A stretch of 64,000 bases of DNA from Actinomycetes bacterium (GCA_021798275.1 JAJZMK010000053.1:1564-65563), one strand, 5' to 3'. Numbered from the stretch's first letter, positions 10,313-19,768 are shown. Numbers and translations: made by a program. Notes: generated by a model not told the origin, from the sequence alone.

Positions 10313-11213
10313 TTAAATAAATTACCTTTTGTCGTCTTTTATATATTCTATGAAATCCGCTACTTGACGCGTGCAACCCCTATATCATAAAGTAATTATA
10401 AGCGCTTCGGTATGCATGCAGCTTTTTTCAAAAGCTAACTATCAGTAATCATAGCTTATTTATCAGCTTAGTGCTCTGATGTAGCTTGCAGTCTACATCC
10501 TCTTTTTGGATCCTTATACCGATGTATTGACATAACGACTTATGGCCGTTTTTTTATTAGAAGTTTAATTAGTGGTAGTTTCAGATAATACTAAGCAGTC
10601 TCCCTAAACACCCAACTGGTTAGTTTGAAAGATATCTAGGTTTTTGCTATCAGGAAAGAGTTGAATTACCTATTCAACATTGTTTACAAAAAGCATAGGT
10701 CATACTACGCGGGTTTAATTAATGATCTAGCTCATAGCAGATGACAAAGGCTACGAGCTATTTCAAGTCGCAATCTGTACTTTTTGTCTTTTCTGAAGGG
10801 AAAGTGTAAGCGATGCATCATGGATTGACTACTCAGGATCAATGTCTTTATAACTTGTCAATTGGTATTGCATGGCTGTGGGAAGCGTTAGAGTAGGTTA
10901 CGATCATGTAAATGGCTAAAAACCTACGAGTCTTTGAAATAAGGGCTTGTTATGGGTCACGACTCGCCATCAAGTCAGAGACAAGGTGGCCATTTTGGAG
11001 TGGGTCGTCTGGTGGGCTAATGAGGGCTGAATGGTCTATTGACTGTATGGCCTAGGGAATCGGAAAAGCTATTTTAGAATCAAAAGCAGTATAAGTAGGG
11101 CCTGCTTGATGAGAGAACCTAAAAACTCAGCAGCGCTAGGAGCAATACACAAATCATGATTTTTCTAATGTGCAACACACTGATAACGAATTGGACGAAT
11201 TGGAGGTAGAGGT

Positions 11214-11739
11214 GTGCGGAAGGTCATACTGTATGGTTGCTATCCTTGGATGGGGTCGCGGAAGATCCGCAATTTGATTGGGACGACACTATGGGGATAA
11301 TCTCGCATCAATCATCGGAACCCAAGATGCCGTCATTCTGGGTCGTCGTACCTACAATGAGTGGGCCGAATTCTGGCCAGAGAGCGATCTCGAGCCTTTT
11401 AGTAGTTCTATCAACGGGGTCATGAAATATGTAGTCACATCCACAGCGCTCGATCGAACGTGGTCTAATACGGTTACAATTGAAGGCGATATGACCCAGT
11501 TTATAAATAAACTCAAGAGTGAACCAGGATTAGATATAGGAGTGCATGGAAGTATAGCGGTTGCTCAGTCACTACTTGCTGCCGGTGTGGTTGATGAATT
11601 AAAGCTGGTGATAATGCCTAAGATAGTAGGCCGAGGAAGAAAACTCCTTGAAGGTTTATCGACAATTTTGGTAGAACCAATACAAAGCAAGATTTCGCCC
11701 GGTGGATATCTTCTCGTTGACTATCGCATTATCAAGTAG
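11214..11739 (+). pseudogene. RibD_C / dihydrofolate-reductase-like family gene with two frameshifts in the first ~80 nt
   Basis: GGAGG-GTG start gives 'VRKVILY'. This continues in a second frame as 'LSLDGVAEDPQFDWDDT'. It then continues in a third frame (ORF 11278..11739) as 'GDNLASIIGTQDAVILGRRTYNEWAEFW...GGYLLVDYRI'. Confidence 0.65.
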
Positions 11740-11872
11740 TCAGGGCTGATGTTACCCTGTGGAGATCACCAAATCGGGGTGTGGGGCGGGAAGCCAACGG
11801 CTTTAGCCATGCGAGGTAGCCCCACTTGCTCCAAAGGAGTAAGTGGTACAGCGGCGTGCCATGCTCTTAACC

Positions 11873-12267
11873 ATGGCCTACAGGTCGTCGAAGAAGACGG
11901 TGTACTCGGCGAAGTACCACATCATCTGGTGTCCGAAATATCGTCGTCGCGTATTGGTTAGCTGGGTCGAGGTGCGACTGAAAGGAGATCATCGCTTTAG
12001 TTGTGGCTGAGCTATCTGGCAATGTGATCGAGGTCGAGGTAATGGCGGACCACGTACACCTGCTCGTCGAGTTTCCACCTGCTGTAGCGCTACCTAAAGC
12101 GCTACGGCTCCCAAAAGGTCGCTCGTCCAGGCTACTTAGAGCTTGAGTTTTCGCGCCTTCGTCGTCTCCCCACCCTTTGGAGCCCGTCGTGGTTCGTTTC
12201 GACTGCTCGCTATGTGCCCCTTGAGATTGTTCGCCGCTACGTCTGGAATCTGAAGCTGGCTGGTTGA
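11873..12267 (+). pseudogene. tnpA: IS200-type Y1 (HUH) transposase TnpA, disrupted by two frameshifts
   Basis: My own translation needs three frames. Frame 1 reads 'MAYRSSKKTVYSAKYHIIWCPKYRRRVL..RLK'. Frame 2 reads 'EIIALVVAELSGNVIEVEVMADHVHLLVEFPP...GRSSRLLRA'. Frame 3 reads 'LEFSRLRRLPTLWSPSWFVSTARYVPLEIVRRYVWNLKLAG*'. Confidence 0.8.
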
Positions 12268-13571
12268 TGCCAAGCCAAGAGGTCCGCTACAACTCTCCTC
12301 TCAGGGTCTCGCCATCTCAGCAACGCGCACTAAAGGACGTGTTTGACACCTGCCGCTTCGTTTGGAATAAGGCGCTTGCAGATTGGATCGAAGCGTGGAA
12401 AAAGAACAAGACCGGCATCGGCTTTTCCCAAGCAAGCAGAACCTTGACCAAACGCCGGAAAGAGCTCGACTGGCTAAAGGCTATACCATCGGTTTCAGAA
12501 CAGCAGATCCTACGCGATCTGTACAAGTCGATATCAGCGTTTTTCGATAAGAAGAACCCTGCAAAAAGACCCAGCTTTAAGAAGAAGGGCACCCACCACA
12601 GCGCACGATGGACAAGGAATGGGTTTTCAATTCGCGACTCTAAGCTCTTTGTGGCCGTAAAGGGAGGCCGTATCGGTCTTCGGGTGATCTGGTCAAGAGA
12701 GCTTTCCTCTGAGCCCTCCTCTGTGACGATCTATCGCGATCATTGCGGTCGGTACTTCGCTAGCTTCGTCGTATCCATCGAAGTACCAGAAACAAGACTA
12801 AACCCAACCGGTCAGGTAACAGGACTAGATGTCGGCTTGAAGATGTTCGCGACCACCGAGGATGAAGAAAGCGATATCTCTAACCCGCGCTACCTGCGCG
12901 AAGCACAAAAAGCCCCGGTGTGATCTGAGCGCAACGTCTCTTTAAAGAAAAAAGGATCGAAGAACAGATCCAAGGCCACAAGGCACCTTGCTCGCGTCCA
13001 TGTACATGTAGCAGCACAACGACTTGACTTCGCCCACAAGCAAGCACGAGAGCTCGTTCGCTGCTACGATGTCATCGGTGTCGAGGACTTAAGCGTAAAG
13101 AACATGCTGGCCAGGTCCAAGAGAGTGGTCCACAAGCGCGCGAAGGCCGGATTGAATGCTGCGATCTCAGATGCGAGCTGGTCGAAGTTCCTAAAGGTGC
13201 CCGAACACCAGGCGAGAAAGGTCGGTGCCGAGGTAGTGAAGATGAACGCTGCGTATACCTCGCAGCGCTGCGGTAGGTGCGGGTCGATAGCCAAGACCCG
13301 TTTGGAATTGTCAGATCGAACGTTCAGCTGCGAGGAGTGTGGTCTAGAGATGGACCGAGACAAAAACGCAGCCAAGAACTTGAACCCAGATCGTGCACGT
13401 CAAAACCCGGCGGGGCTGTTATCCGGGCGAGACGACGACGGCAGTAAGACAGAAGTCCCTGTGGGGACCAAGGCAGCTTTAGTCTCAAAATCCCACGGCT
13501 TTAGTCGTGGGAGCTGTCAATCCAATCAGAACCGAGTTTTTCTCCGTATCATATTCTTTGTGAGCAAGTGA
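12267..13571 (+). pseudogene. tnpB: TnpB (OrfB_IS605 RNA-guided nuclease family) with a single in-frame TGA at 12921-12923
   Basis: ORFs 12264..12923 and 13104..13571 share one frame, and the gap translates without further stops. RuvC motifs 'GLDVGLK', 'IGVEDL' and 'MDRDKNAAKN' are present, as is the zinc ribbon 'CGRCGS..CEECG'. Confidence 0.85.
13350..13520 (+). ncRNA. Candidate omega-RNA (reRNA) scaffold overlapping the tnpB 3' end and the IS right end
   Basis: Hairpins GTCCC-tgtg-GGGAC (13454-13467) and CCCACG-gctttagt-CGTGGG (13492-13511). The position matches that of known TnpB guide RNAs. The extent is a guess. Confidence 0.3.
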
Positions 13572-13739
13572 CTACCATTGATAAGTGGTAAAAACTGTAG
13601 AAAGGATAGTCGAAAAACTTTGCATCTTTGATTAATAATTTTGTCAAAAAAATCTGCTTCCTGCTAAGTAAAGCTCTTTGATAGGTGCTCGTTTTTTAAA
13701 AAATTATATGCTCAAGCGGGCACAAGGTATTATCTACGA

Positions 13740-15305
13740 TTATTCCCATTCTATCGAGGCCGGCGGCTTGCTTGTGATATCGAGTACCACTCTTGTTATC
13801 TCGTGGATTTCGTTTGTGATTCTGGAGGATATTTTGGAAAGTAATTCATAGTCGAGTTTTGCCCAGTCGGCAGTCATGGCATCTTGACTCGTGACTGGTC
13901 TGATCACCACAGGGTGACCGTATGTCCGGGCATCGCCTTGTATACCCACTGATCTGACGTCAGCAAGAAGGACCACGGGGCACTGCCAGAGAGATCTGTC
14001 CACCCCGGCATCATTTAGTTCCTCCGTCACAATCCTATCTGCGGTAGCCAGTATTTTTAGTCTGTCTTCTGTAACCTCACCTATGATCCTGACGGCGAGA
14101 CCGGGTCCCGGGAAAGGGTGGCGCCAAAGTATTTTGTCATCTATCCCAAGCAAAGCTCCTATGTTTCTCACTTCGTCTTTAAATAGATCCCTCAATGGCT
14201 CGATTAGTTTAAATTCCATATCATCGGGCAGACCACCTACGTTGTGATGGCTTTTTATGACAGAGGTACCGGTCTGGTCTCCGGATTCTACAACGTCTGG
14301 GTAAAGCGTCCCTTGTACGAGGTAGTCAAATCCTTTTATGTGTTTTTGCTGCGCCACTTTCTTGCTTGCCCTTTCAAAGGCGCGGATAAATGCGTTCCCG
14401 ATAACTTTTCTCTTTGTCTCGGGATCAGTGATATTTTTCAAAGCCTCCAGGAATTCTTCCCTGGCATCTTCAACATGGAGGTCTATGTGCTCGGTTTCGG
14501 CAAAAGCTGATATGACCTGTTCTTTTTCATTCTCCCTGAGTAAACCATTGTCGACAAATACACAAGTCAGTTGGTCACCAACCGCTTTATGTACAATTGC
14601 CGCCGCCACGGTTGAATCTACGCCACCTGAAAGCCCGCAAAGAACATGGGAGTCACTGACTTCTTTAGTGATGGACGCTACTTGCTGTTCTATAATTTCA
14701 TCCGGCATCCAGGTTGGTTCGCATTTGGCTATGTCGTATAAAAATGTTTCCAGTGTACGTTGTCCGTAAGGGGTGTGGACGACTTCGGGATGCCATTGGG
14801 TAGCGTATATGCTCCGCTCTTTATTTTCAAAAGCCACTATTGCCGCTACTGGGCTTTTGGCGGTGACGGTAAATGATTCCGGTAGTTTTGCTACAGTATC
14901 TCTGTGTGACATCCATACTTCTTGGCTGATCGGTTGGTTTAAAAACAAAGAACTGGTGGGGTCGGTTACCTCTATTTTTGTTCTGCCATATTCTGCAATA
15001 TCGTTGTGTTCTACCGATCCACCTACGGATTGAGCTATGGCTTGAAATCCGTAGCAAATTCCCAAGATAGGGATACCGAGATCCAGAATATCCTTATTTA
15101 GTTGAGGGGCTGTGGTTTCAAAAACACTGGCCGGTCCACCGGAAAGGATAATTGCCGAGGGTTTCAACTCCACTATTTCTTCTACGGGGACGAAATAAGG
15201 CATTATAGTAGAAAAAATATGAGCTTCGCGTACCCTTCTTGCAATAAGTTGTGCATACTGAGCGCCGAAATTTATAACCACTACGGTATTATGTCTGCTG
15301 TTCAC
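13740..15305 (-). CDS. guaA: GMP synthase (glutamine-hydrolysing)
   Basis: GATase 'GICYGFQ' and 'WHPEV', PP-loop 'SGGVDSTV', C-terminal 'PPASIEWE'. GTG start. Confidence 0.95.
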   Translation of the reverse strand: MNSRHNTVVVINFGAQYAQLIARRVREAHIFSTIMPYFVPVEEIVELKPSAIILSGGPASVFETTAPQLNKDILDLGIPILGICYGFQAIAQSVGGSVEHNDIAEYGRTKIEVTDPTSSLFLNQPISQEVWMSHRDTVAKLPESFTVTAKSPVAAIVAFENKERSIYATQWHPEVVHTPYGQRTLETFLYDIAKCEPTWMPDEIIEQQVASITKEVSDSHVLCGLSGGVDSTVAAAIVHKAVGDQLTCVFVDNGLLRENEKEQVISAFAETEHIDLHVEDAREEFLEALKNITDPETKRKVIGNAFIRAFERASKKVAQQKHIKGFDYLVQGTLYPDVVESGDQTGTSVIKSHHNVGGLPDDMEFKLIEPLRDLFKDEVRNIGALLGIDDKILWRHPFPGPGLAVRIIGEVTEDRLKILATADRIVTEELNDAGVDRSLWQCPVVLLADVRSVGIQGDARTYGHPVVIRPVTSQDAMTADWAKLDYELLSKISSRITNEIHEITRVVLDITSKPPASIEWE

Positions 15306-15465
15306 ATACTTAGTCTATCTTGAATTTCTATTACCAAACTATAAATAAAGCACTGTTGATAGCCACTTTAGTTTTTGTCTGGGATCTTTAAATTCTCACC
15401 GAAAGCATTAGATAAAGCTTCCGTGAAGATGATACCAAGACATATATTGAGTCGTATCAGACAAT

Positions 15466-16890
15466 TTAGGTTGGTATCAGATTCGTTTCGTGAGAAATTC
15501 TCATCAATAAGGCTATAAGAGCATAATTTGCCACCAGCGATGAACCTCCATAAGACATAAGAGGCAATGTCACTCCCGTCAGAGGTAGCAACCTGGTAAC
15601 ACCGGCCATGATAAAGAAAGTCTGGAGGCCGAAAGTTAGGACTAGGCCGAGGCAGAGCAACTTAACGAAGTCGTTCCTACTTCTCATTGCCGCCCTGATG
15701 CCGGCCCCTATGATAAGTATGTAGCCGACCATCAATGCAGCGGTACCAACAAGTCCCAATTCTTCGCCGAAAACAGCAAAAATAAAGTCACTTGTCGCAA
15801 CGGGAAGGGGTGTGGTCGCTCCCTGACTCGGTATGTAATGAACAAGTCCCAGACCTAGGCCGGATCCAAACAACCCTCCCCGCCCAAAAGCCAGTTCACC
15901 TTGAACAGGCTGATATCCTGCATAATAACCTGATGTGTTGTAGTATTTCCAGGGATCCAACCATACTGCAAAGCGTCCTCCCACCTGGCCAAGTATATGC
16001 GAAGCCAGGAAAGTGACCAGTCCAAACAACAGCAAGCCTATGATGATGTATCCCCATTTTCCGGATGCGGTCCACAACGAGATCAGGAAAACCAAGAAAA
16101 TAATGAGTGAAAACCCAATATCTTTTTCCGCCAAAATAATCAACAATGCAGCTCCAGCGGCTAAAACAACCGGCCCAAGCACCCTAAAGTCAGGAAGTAG
16201 GAAATTCCCGACTTTCTTCGTTGGTATTGCCAGCATCTCTTTTTTTTCGGCAAAGAAAGACGCAAAGAAAATAACCAGCAGTATTTTTGCTATTTCAACG
16301 GGCTGAAATTGTAAAGTTGAACCCAATTTTACCCAAAGTCTGGCGCCATTTACGCTGTAGCCAAAATGTGGAATAAGGGGAGTGAGTAGAAGAAAGAATG
16401 CGAAAAATCCAAGCAGGTAACGGTAACGTTCCAAATCACGGGACCTGCGAACTATTAATAAAGTCAATGTGTAGACTATAAAACCCACCAGCGTCCATAG
16501 CAACTGGTTTGTAGCAGCGGGAGGTTCAAGCCGCTTGATCATGATCCAGCCTATACCGTTTAGAACCAAAGTGATAGGGATTATAACGGGGTCCGCAAAT
16601 GGTACCAGATAACGGTTGACAGCCTGCATAACTATACAAGCGACTACCATGACGGCAATAGGAATATATAAGTGATGCGGCAATTTATTTGTGATAGCCA
16701 AGCTGGTCAACGTCATAGCGACAAATACTATTACTATGCCTACTAGCATCAAGCCCGCCTCGCTGCGTCTGCGCGGCTTGGATTTAAGAAACCTTGCTAC
16801 TTTCTCTGTTTCGTTTCGCCAGACGTAAGAGCGACGTATGGCAATTCTTGTTTGCTTTCGAATCGAATCGCTTGTCGTCACTGCCACCAT
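15466..16890 (-). CDS. rodA: SEDS family protein resembling actinobacterial RodA
   Basis: 'FQPVEIAKILLVIFFA', 'WLDPW', 'TSDFIFAVFGEELGLVG', 'LTGVTLPLMSYGGSSLVANYALIALLMRISH'. The RodA-versus-FtsW call rests on my recollection of mycobacterial RodA. Confidence 0.7.
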   Translation of the reverse strand: MVAVTTSDSIRKQTRIAIRRSYVWRNETEKVARFLKSKPRRRSEAGLMLVGIVIVFVAMTLTSLAITNKLPHHLYIPIAVMVVACIVMQAVNRYLVPFADPVIIPITLVLNGIGWIMIKRLEPPAATNQLLWTLVGFIVYTLTLLIVRRSRDLERYRYLLGFFAFFLLLTPLIPHFGYSVNGARLWVKLGSTLQFQPVEIAKILLVIFFASFFAEKKEMLAIPTKKVGNFLLPDFRVLGPVVLAAGAALLIILAEKDIGFSLIIFLVFLISLWTASGKWGYIIIGLLLFGLVTFLASHILGQVGGRFAVWLDPWKYYNTSGYYAGYQPVQGELAFGRGGLFGSGLGLGLVHYIPSQGATTPLPVATSDFIFAVFGEELGLVGTAALMVGYILIIGAGIRAAMRSRNDFVKLLCLGLVLTFGLQTFFIMAGVTRLLPLTGVTLPLMSYGGSSLVANYALIALLMRISHETNLIPT

Positions 16891-17152
16891 GCCAGATTAA
16901 CAAAGTTTTATCTTACTTGGGTAGCTTTTGGCGGAAAGATATACCTGTAAGCGAAAATGGATAGGTATCTTTCTCTGAATTCGATTAGCTGAATATCGTA
17001 TAGCTATTACGAAGACCAAAAATAGAGATAGCAAGTTCGGTAAAGATCTTTCTCGGTTGTTTGTTGCTTGGAATCAGACCTACCTTGTTGGATATGGGAT
17101 TTGAATACTATTTTTAAATCTGACTCTACAAAGTAGTTTGATTATTTCATGC

Positions 17153-17178
17153 CGGCATAAGTAAATGTACTTATGCCG
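17153..17178. other. Orphan perfect 11-bp hairpin (cggcataagta-aatg-tacttatgccg) in the divergent rodA/ppk intergenic region
   Basis: Read directly. It is not downstream of any gene. Confidence 0.6.
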
Positions 17179-17302
17179 TTATAGAGTTGTATGTATGGCC
17201 AATTACACGTTGGCGTGTTATCTTATTGGTAGGTATAAAACTCTTACGGTAAGATTCTTGTGAAATGTCTATGGCGATTGGTATTTTTATATTAACTGGT
17301 GG

Positions 17303-19768
17303 GTGATGGAAAGTATGAGTGATCAAGATATAGCAAGCGAATGGGAAACAGACACTACCAATCGTTATGAAATACCTCTTGGCTCCGATATCGACGAAGC
17401 GGTCACTTACGATACGACTCCCGGAAATGTAGGAAACGGTTCTCCTATGCAATCGAATGACTATAGCGATGGTCATCTATGTGACATAGATGAGTTTTCT
17501 TCTTCTGGTAATTCTCGATCTTGCGGCGAACAAAAAATTACCTTGGATCTGCCAAACAGATTTTTGAATCGGGAAATATCTTGGCTCTCTTTTGCCATGC
17601 GACTTCTTGATTTGAGCAGCGATTCTAATCTTCCTCTTTTAGAGAGAGCTAAATTCTTGGGAATTTTCTCTACCGGACTCGATGAGTTTTTGCAGGTTCG
17701 TCTGGCCGGCATCAAAGAGCAGATTGTGGCAAAAGCCCGAGTCACTTCGCCGGATGGCATGCATGCCGAAGAACAGTTGGATGCCATTAGAGACATGGTG
17801 AGAATTTGTACGATAAGGGCAAATAAAATTTTTGCCGAGGAAATTCACCCTGCTTTGGCCGAAAACGGCATCCGAATAGCTAATTACGACCAGCTTTCAT
17901 CCGAACATAAAGCCCACCTTTACTCTATATTTTCAGAAGAGATTTTCCCCGTTCTTACGCCTTTGGCTGTAGATCCGGGTCATCCTTTCCCGTATATATC
18001 AAATTTATCTTTGAATATAGCCGTTTTCGTGGTGGATAGATTTAATGGTGAAAGGCGTTTTGCCAGAGTCAAAGTCCCGGTTCCACTCTTGAAAAGGTAT
18101 GTTTATATGAGCGAAGAAAACATCTTTGTTCCCTTGGAACAGGTTATATCTGCTCACTTGGATGACCTGTTTCCCCATATGGACGTGGAAGGCGCATATA
18201 TGTTTAGGGTGATCAGGAATGCCGACCTGGATTTTGACGAGGATGAAGCTGATGACCTGTTGGAAGCTATAGAGCTAGAGCTAAGGAGACGGCGTTTTGG
18301 TAGGGCGGTCTGCATAGAAGTGCAGGAGGATATGCCCCAAGATGCCAGGGAAGTGCTTTTAACGGAACTTGAGCTGGATGCTAGAGATTGCTATGAATAT
18401 GAGTCCCAGCTCGATTTTTCTTCTCTGTGGATGCTTTACGAAATGGATAGACCGGACTTAAAATATCCTGATTGGACTCCCGTAACGACCTTAGACCTGA
18501 CCGGTTTGGGGGAAGAACAAACAGATATTTTCTCTCTTTTGCAGCACAACGATATTTTGGTCCATCATCCATATGAATCGTTCTCCTCTTCGATAGAGGC
18601 TTTCATTTCACAGGCGGCAGACGATAAGGACGTGCTGGCCATCAAACAGACCTTGTATAGAACATCGGGTGATGCTCTTTTTGTATCTTCTTTGAGTAGA
18701 GCGGTTGAATCCGGTAAGCAGGTAGCCGCTCTTGTTGAGTTGAAAGCCCGTTTTGATGAAGGAAAAAATATTGCTTGGGCTAAACAACTTGAACGTGCTG
18801 GGGTGCATGTAGTTTATGGTTTAGTGGGTTTAAAAACACACTCCAAAACAGTCCTAGTAGTCAGAAAGGAACACGATAAGCTCAATAGATATGTTCATAT
18901 CGGAACAGGTAATTACAATTCCAAAACAGCGCGCACCTACGAAGATATAGGCCTTCTATCTTCTTCGCCTGATCTGGGAGCGGATCTTACCGACCTGTTT
19001 AATTACTTGACTGGTTTTTCCAAGACTTCTAAAACCCGATCTTTGATTCTGGCACCGGAAAACTTAAGGAATTTTCTATTAAGTAAAATAGAAGAACAGG
19101 CTTTGGTAGGTGAAGACGGAGAAATAATCATCAAAGTCAATGGCCTTACAGATCCTCAGATTATCGACAGTCTTTATAAGGCCAGCCAACGAGGAGTAAA
19201 AATCCTTTTGATAGTCAGGGGAATCTGTTCACTTCGGCCTAAGGTCGACGGTCTATCTGAAAATATAACGGTTCGCTCTACGGTAGGTAGATTTTTGGAA
19301 CATTCCAGAATATACAGGTTCGGAAAATCAAAAGCGGATCCCCATGACTCTCTTGAACTAACCTTAGCCGAGAGGTTAAAAGTAAGTATGGGTAAGATTT
19401 CGGACCGCTCATATCTAAAAGATTCGGAAGGATTCACACCGGCTGAGCATGGTATCAAGTATCCGGGGTATCTAGATAGCTCCGTAGATCCTGGAGCTGA
19501 GTACTTTATAGGTTCCGCCGATTTGATGGAGAGGAATCTAGATCGTAGGATTGAAGCGGTAGTCCCCATAAAAGATCGATATCTATGTGCCAGATTGGAA
19601 GGTATTCTGCAAATCTGCTTACTTGATGATATGTTTTCATGGGAGCTTAAGGCGGACGCTACGTGGGAAAGAGTAGCGTCCGATAAAGCTATCAGCTCTC
19701 AGGAGATATTTATGCAAGTTGCAACTTATCATGCCGGGAAGTATCATAAATCAGAGGATCGTATATAA
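17303..19768 (+). CDS. ppk: Polyphosphate kinase 1
   Basis: 'NRFLNREISWLSFAMRLL', 'GLKTHSKTVLVV', 'GTGNYN', 'GSADLMERNLDRRIE'. The exact start is uncertain. Confidence 0.9.
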   Translation: MMESMSDQDIASEWETDTTNRYEIPLGSDIDEAVTYDTTPGNVGNGSPMQSNDYSDGHLCDIDEFSSSGNSRSCGEQKITLDLPNRFLNREISWLSFAMRLLDLSSDSNLPLLERAKFLGIFSTGLDEFLQVRLAGIKEQIVAKARVTSPDGMHAEEQLDAIRDMVRICTIRANKIFAEEIHPALAENGIRIANYDQLSSEHKAHLYSIFSEEIFPVLTPLAVDPGHPFPYISNLSLNIAVFVVDRFNGERRFARVKVPVPLLKRYVYMSEENIFVPLEQVISAHLDDLFPHMDVEGAYMFRVIRNADLDFDEDEADDLLEAIELELRRRRFGRAVCIEVQEDMPQDAREVLLTELELDARDCYEYESQLDFSSLWMLYEMDRPDLKYPDWTPVTTLDLTGLGEEQTDIFSLLQHNDILVHHPYESFSSSIEAFISQAADDKDVLAIKQTLYRTSGDALFVSSLSRAVESGKQVAALVELKARFDEGKNIAWAKQLERAGVHVVYGLVGLKTHSKTVLVVRKEHDKLNRYVHIGTGNYNSKTARTYEDIGLLSSSPDLGADLTDLFNYLTGFSKTSKTRSLILAPENLRNFLLSKIEEQALVGEDGEIIIKVNGLTDPQIIDSLYKASQRGVKILLIVRGICSLRPKVDGLSENITVRSTVGRFLEHSRIYRFGKSKADPHDSLELTLAERLKVSMGKISDRSYLKDSEGFTPAEHGIKYPGYLDSSVDPGAEYFIGSADLMERNLDRRIEAVVPIKDRYLCARLEGILQICLLDDMFSWELKADATWERVASDKAISSQEIFMQVATYHAGKYHKSEDRI

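Larger units (their letters stand above)
11756..13520 (+). mobile_element. IS200/IS605-family insertion sequence (tnpA remnant + tnpB). The ends are approximate.
   Basis: It has the tnpA-tnpB architecture. The subterminal 10-mer ACGGCTTTAG occurs at both ends (11797-11806 and 13495-13504). TTAC lies just outside the left end and TCAA is at the right end. There is a sharp GC step at both borders. Confidence 0.8.

Noticed and set aside
12921-12923. The TGA inside tnpB as selenocysteine or programmed recoding
   Set aside because: I saw no SECIS-like hairpin immediately downstream, and TnpB proteins are not known selenoproteins. A nonsense mutation or a sequencing error is the simpler reading.
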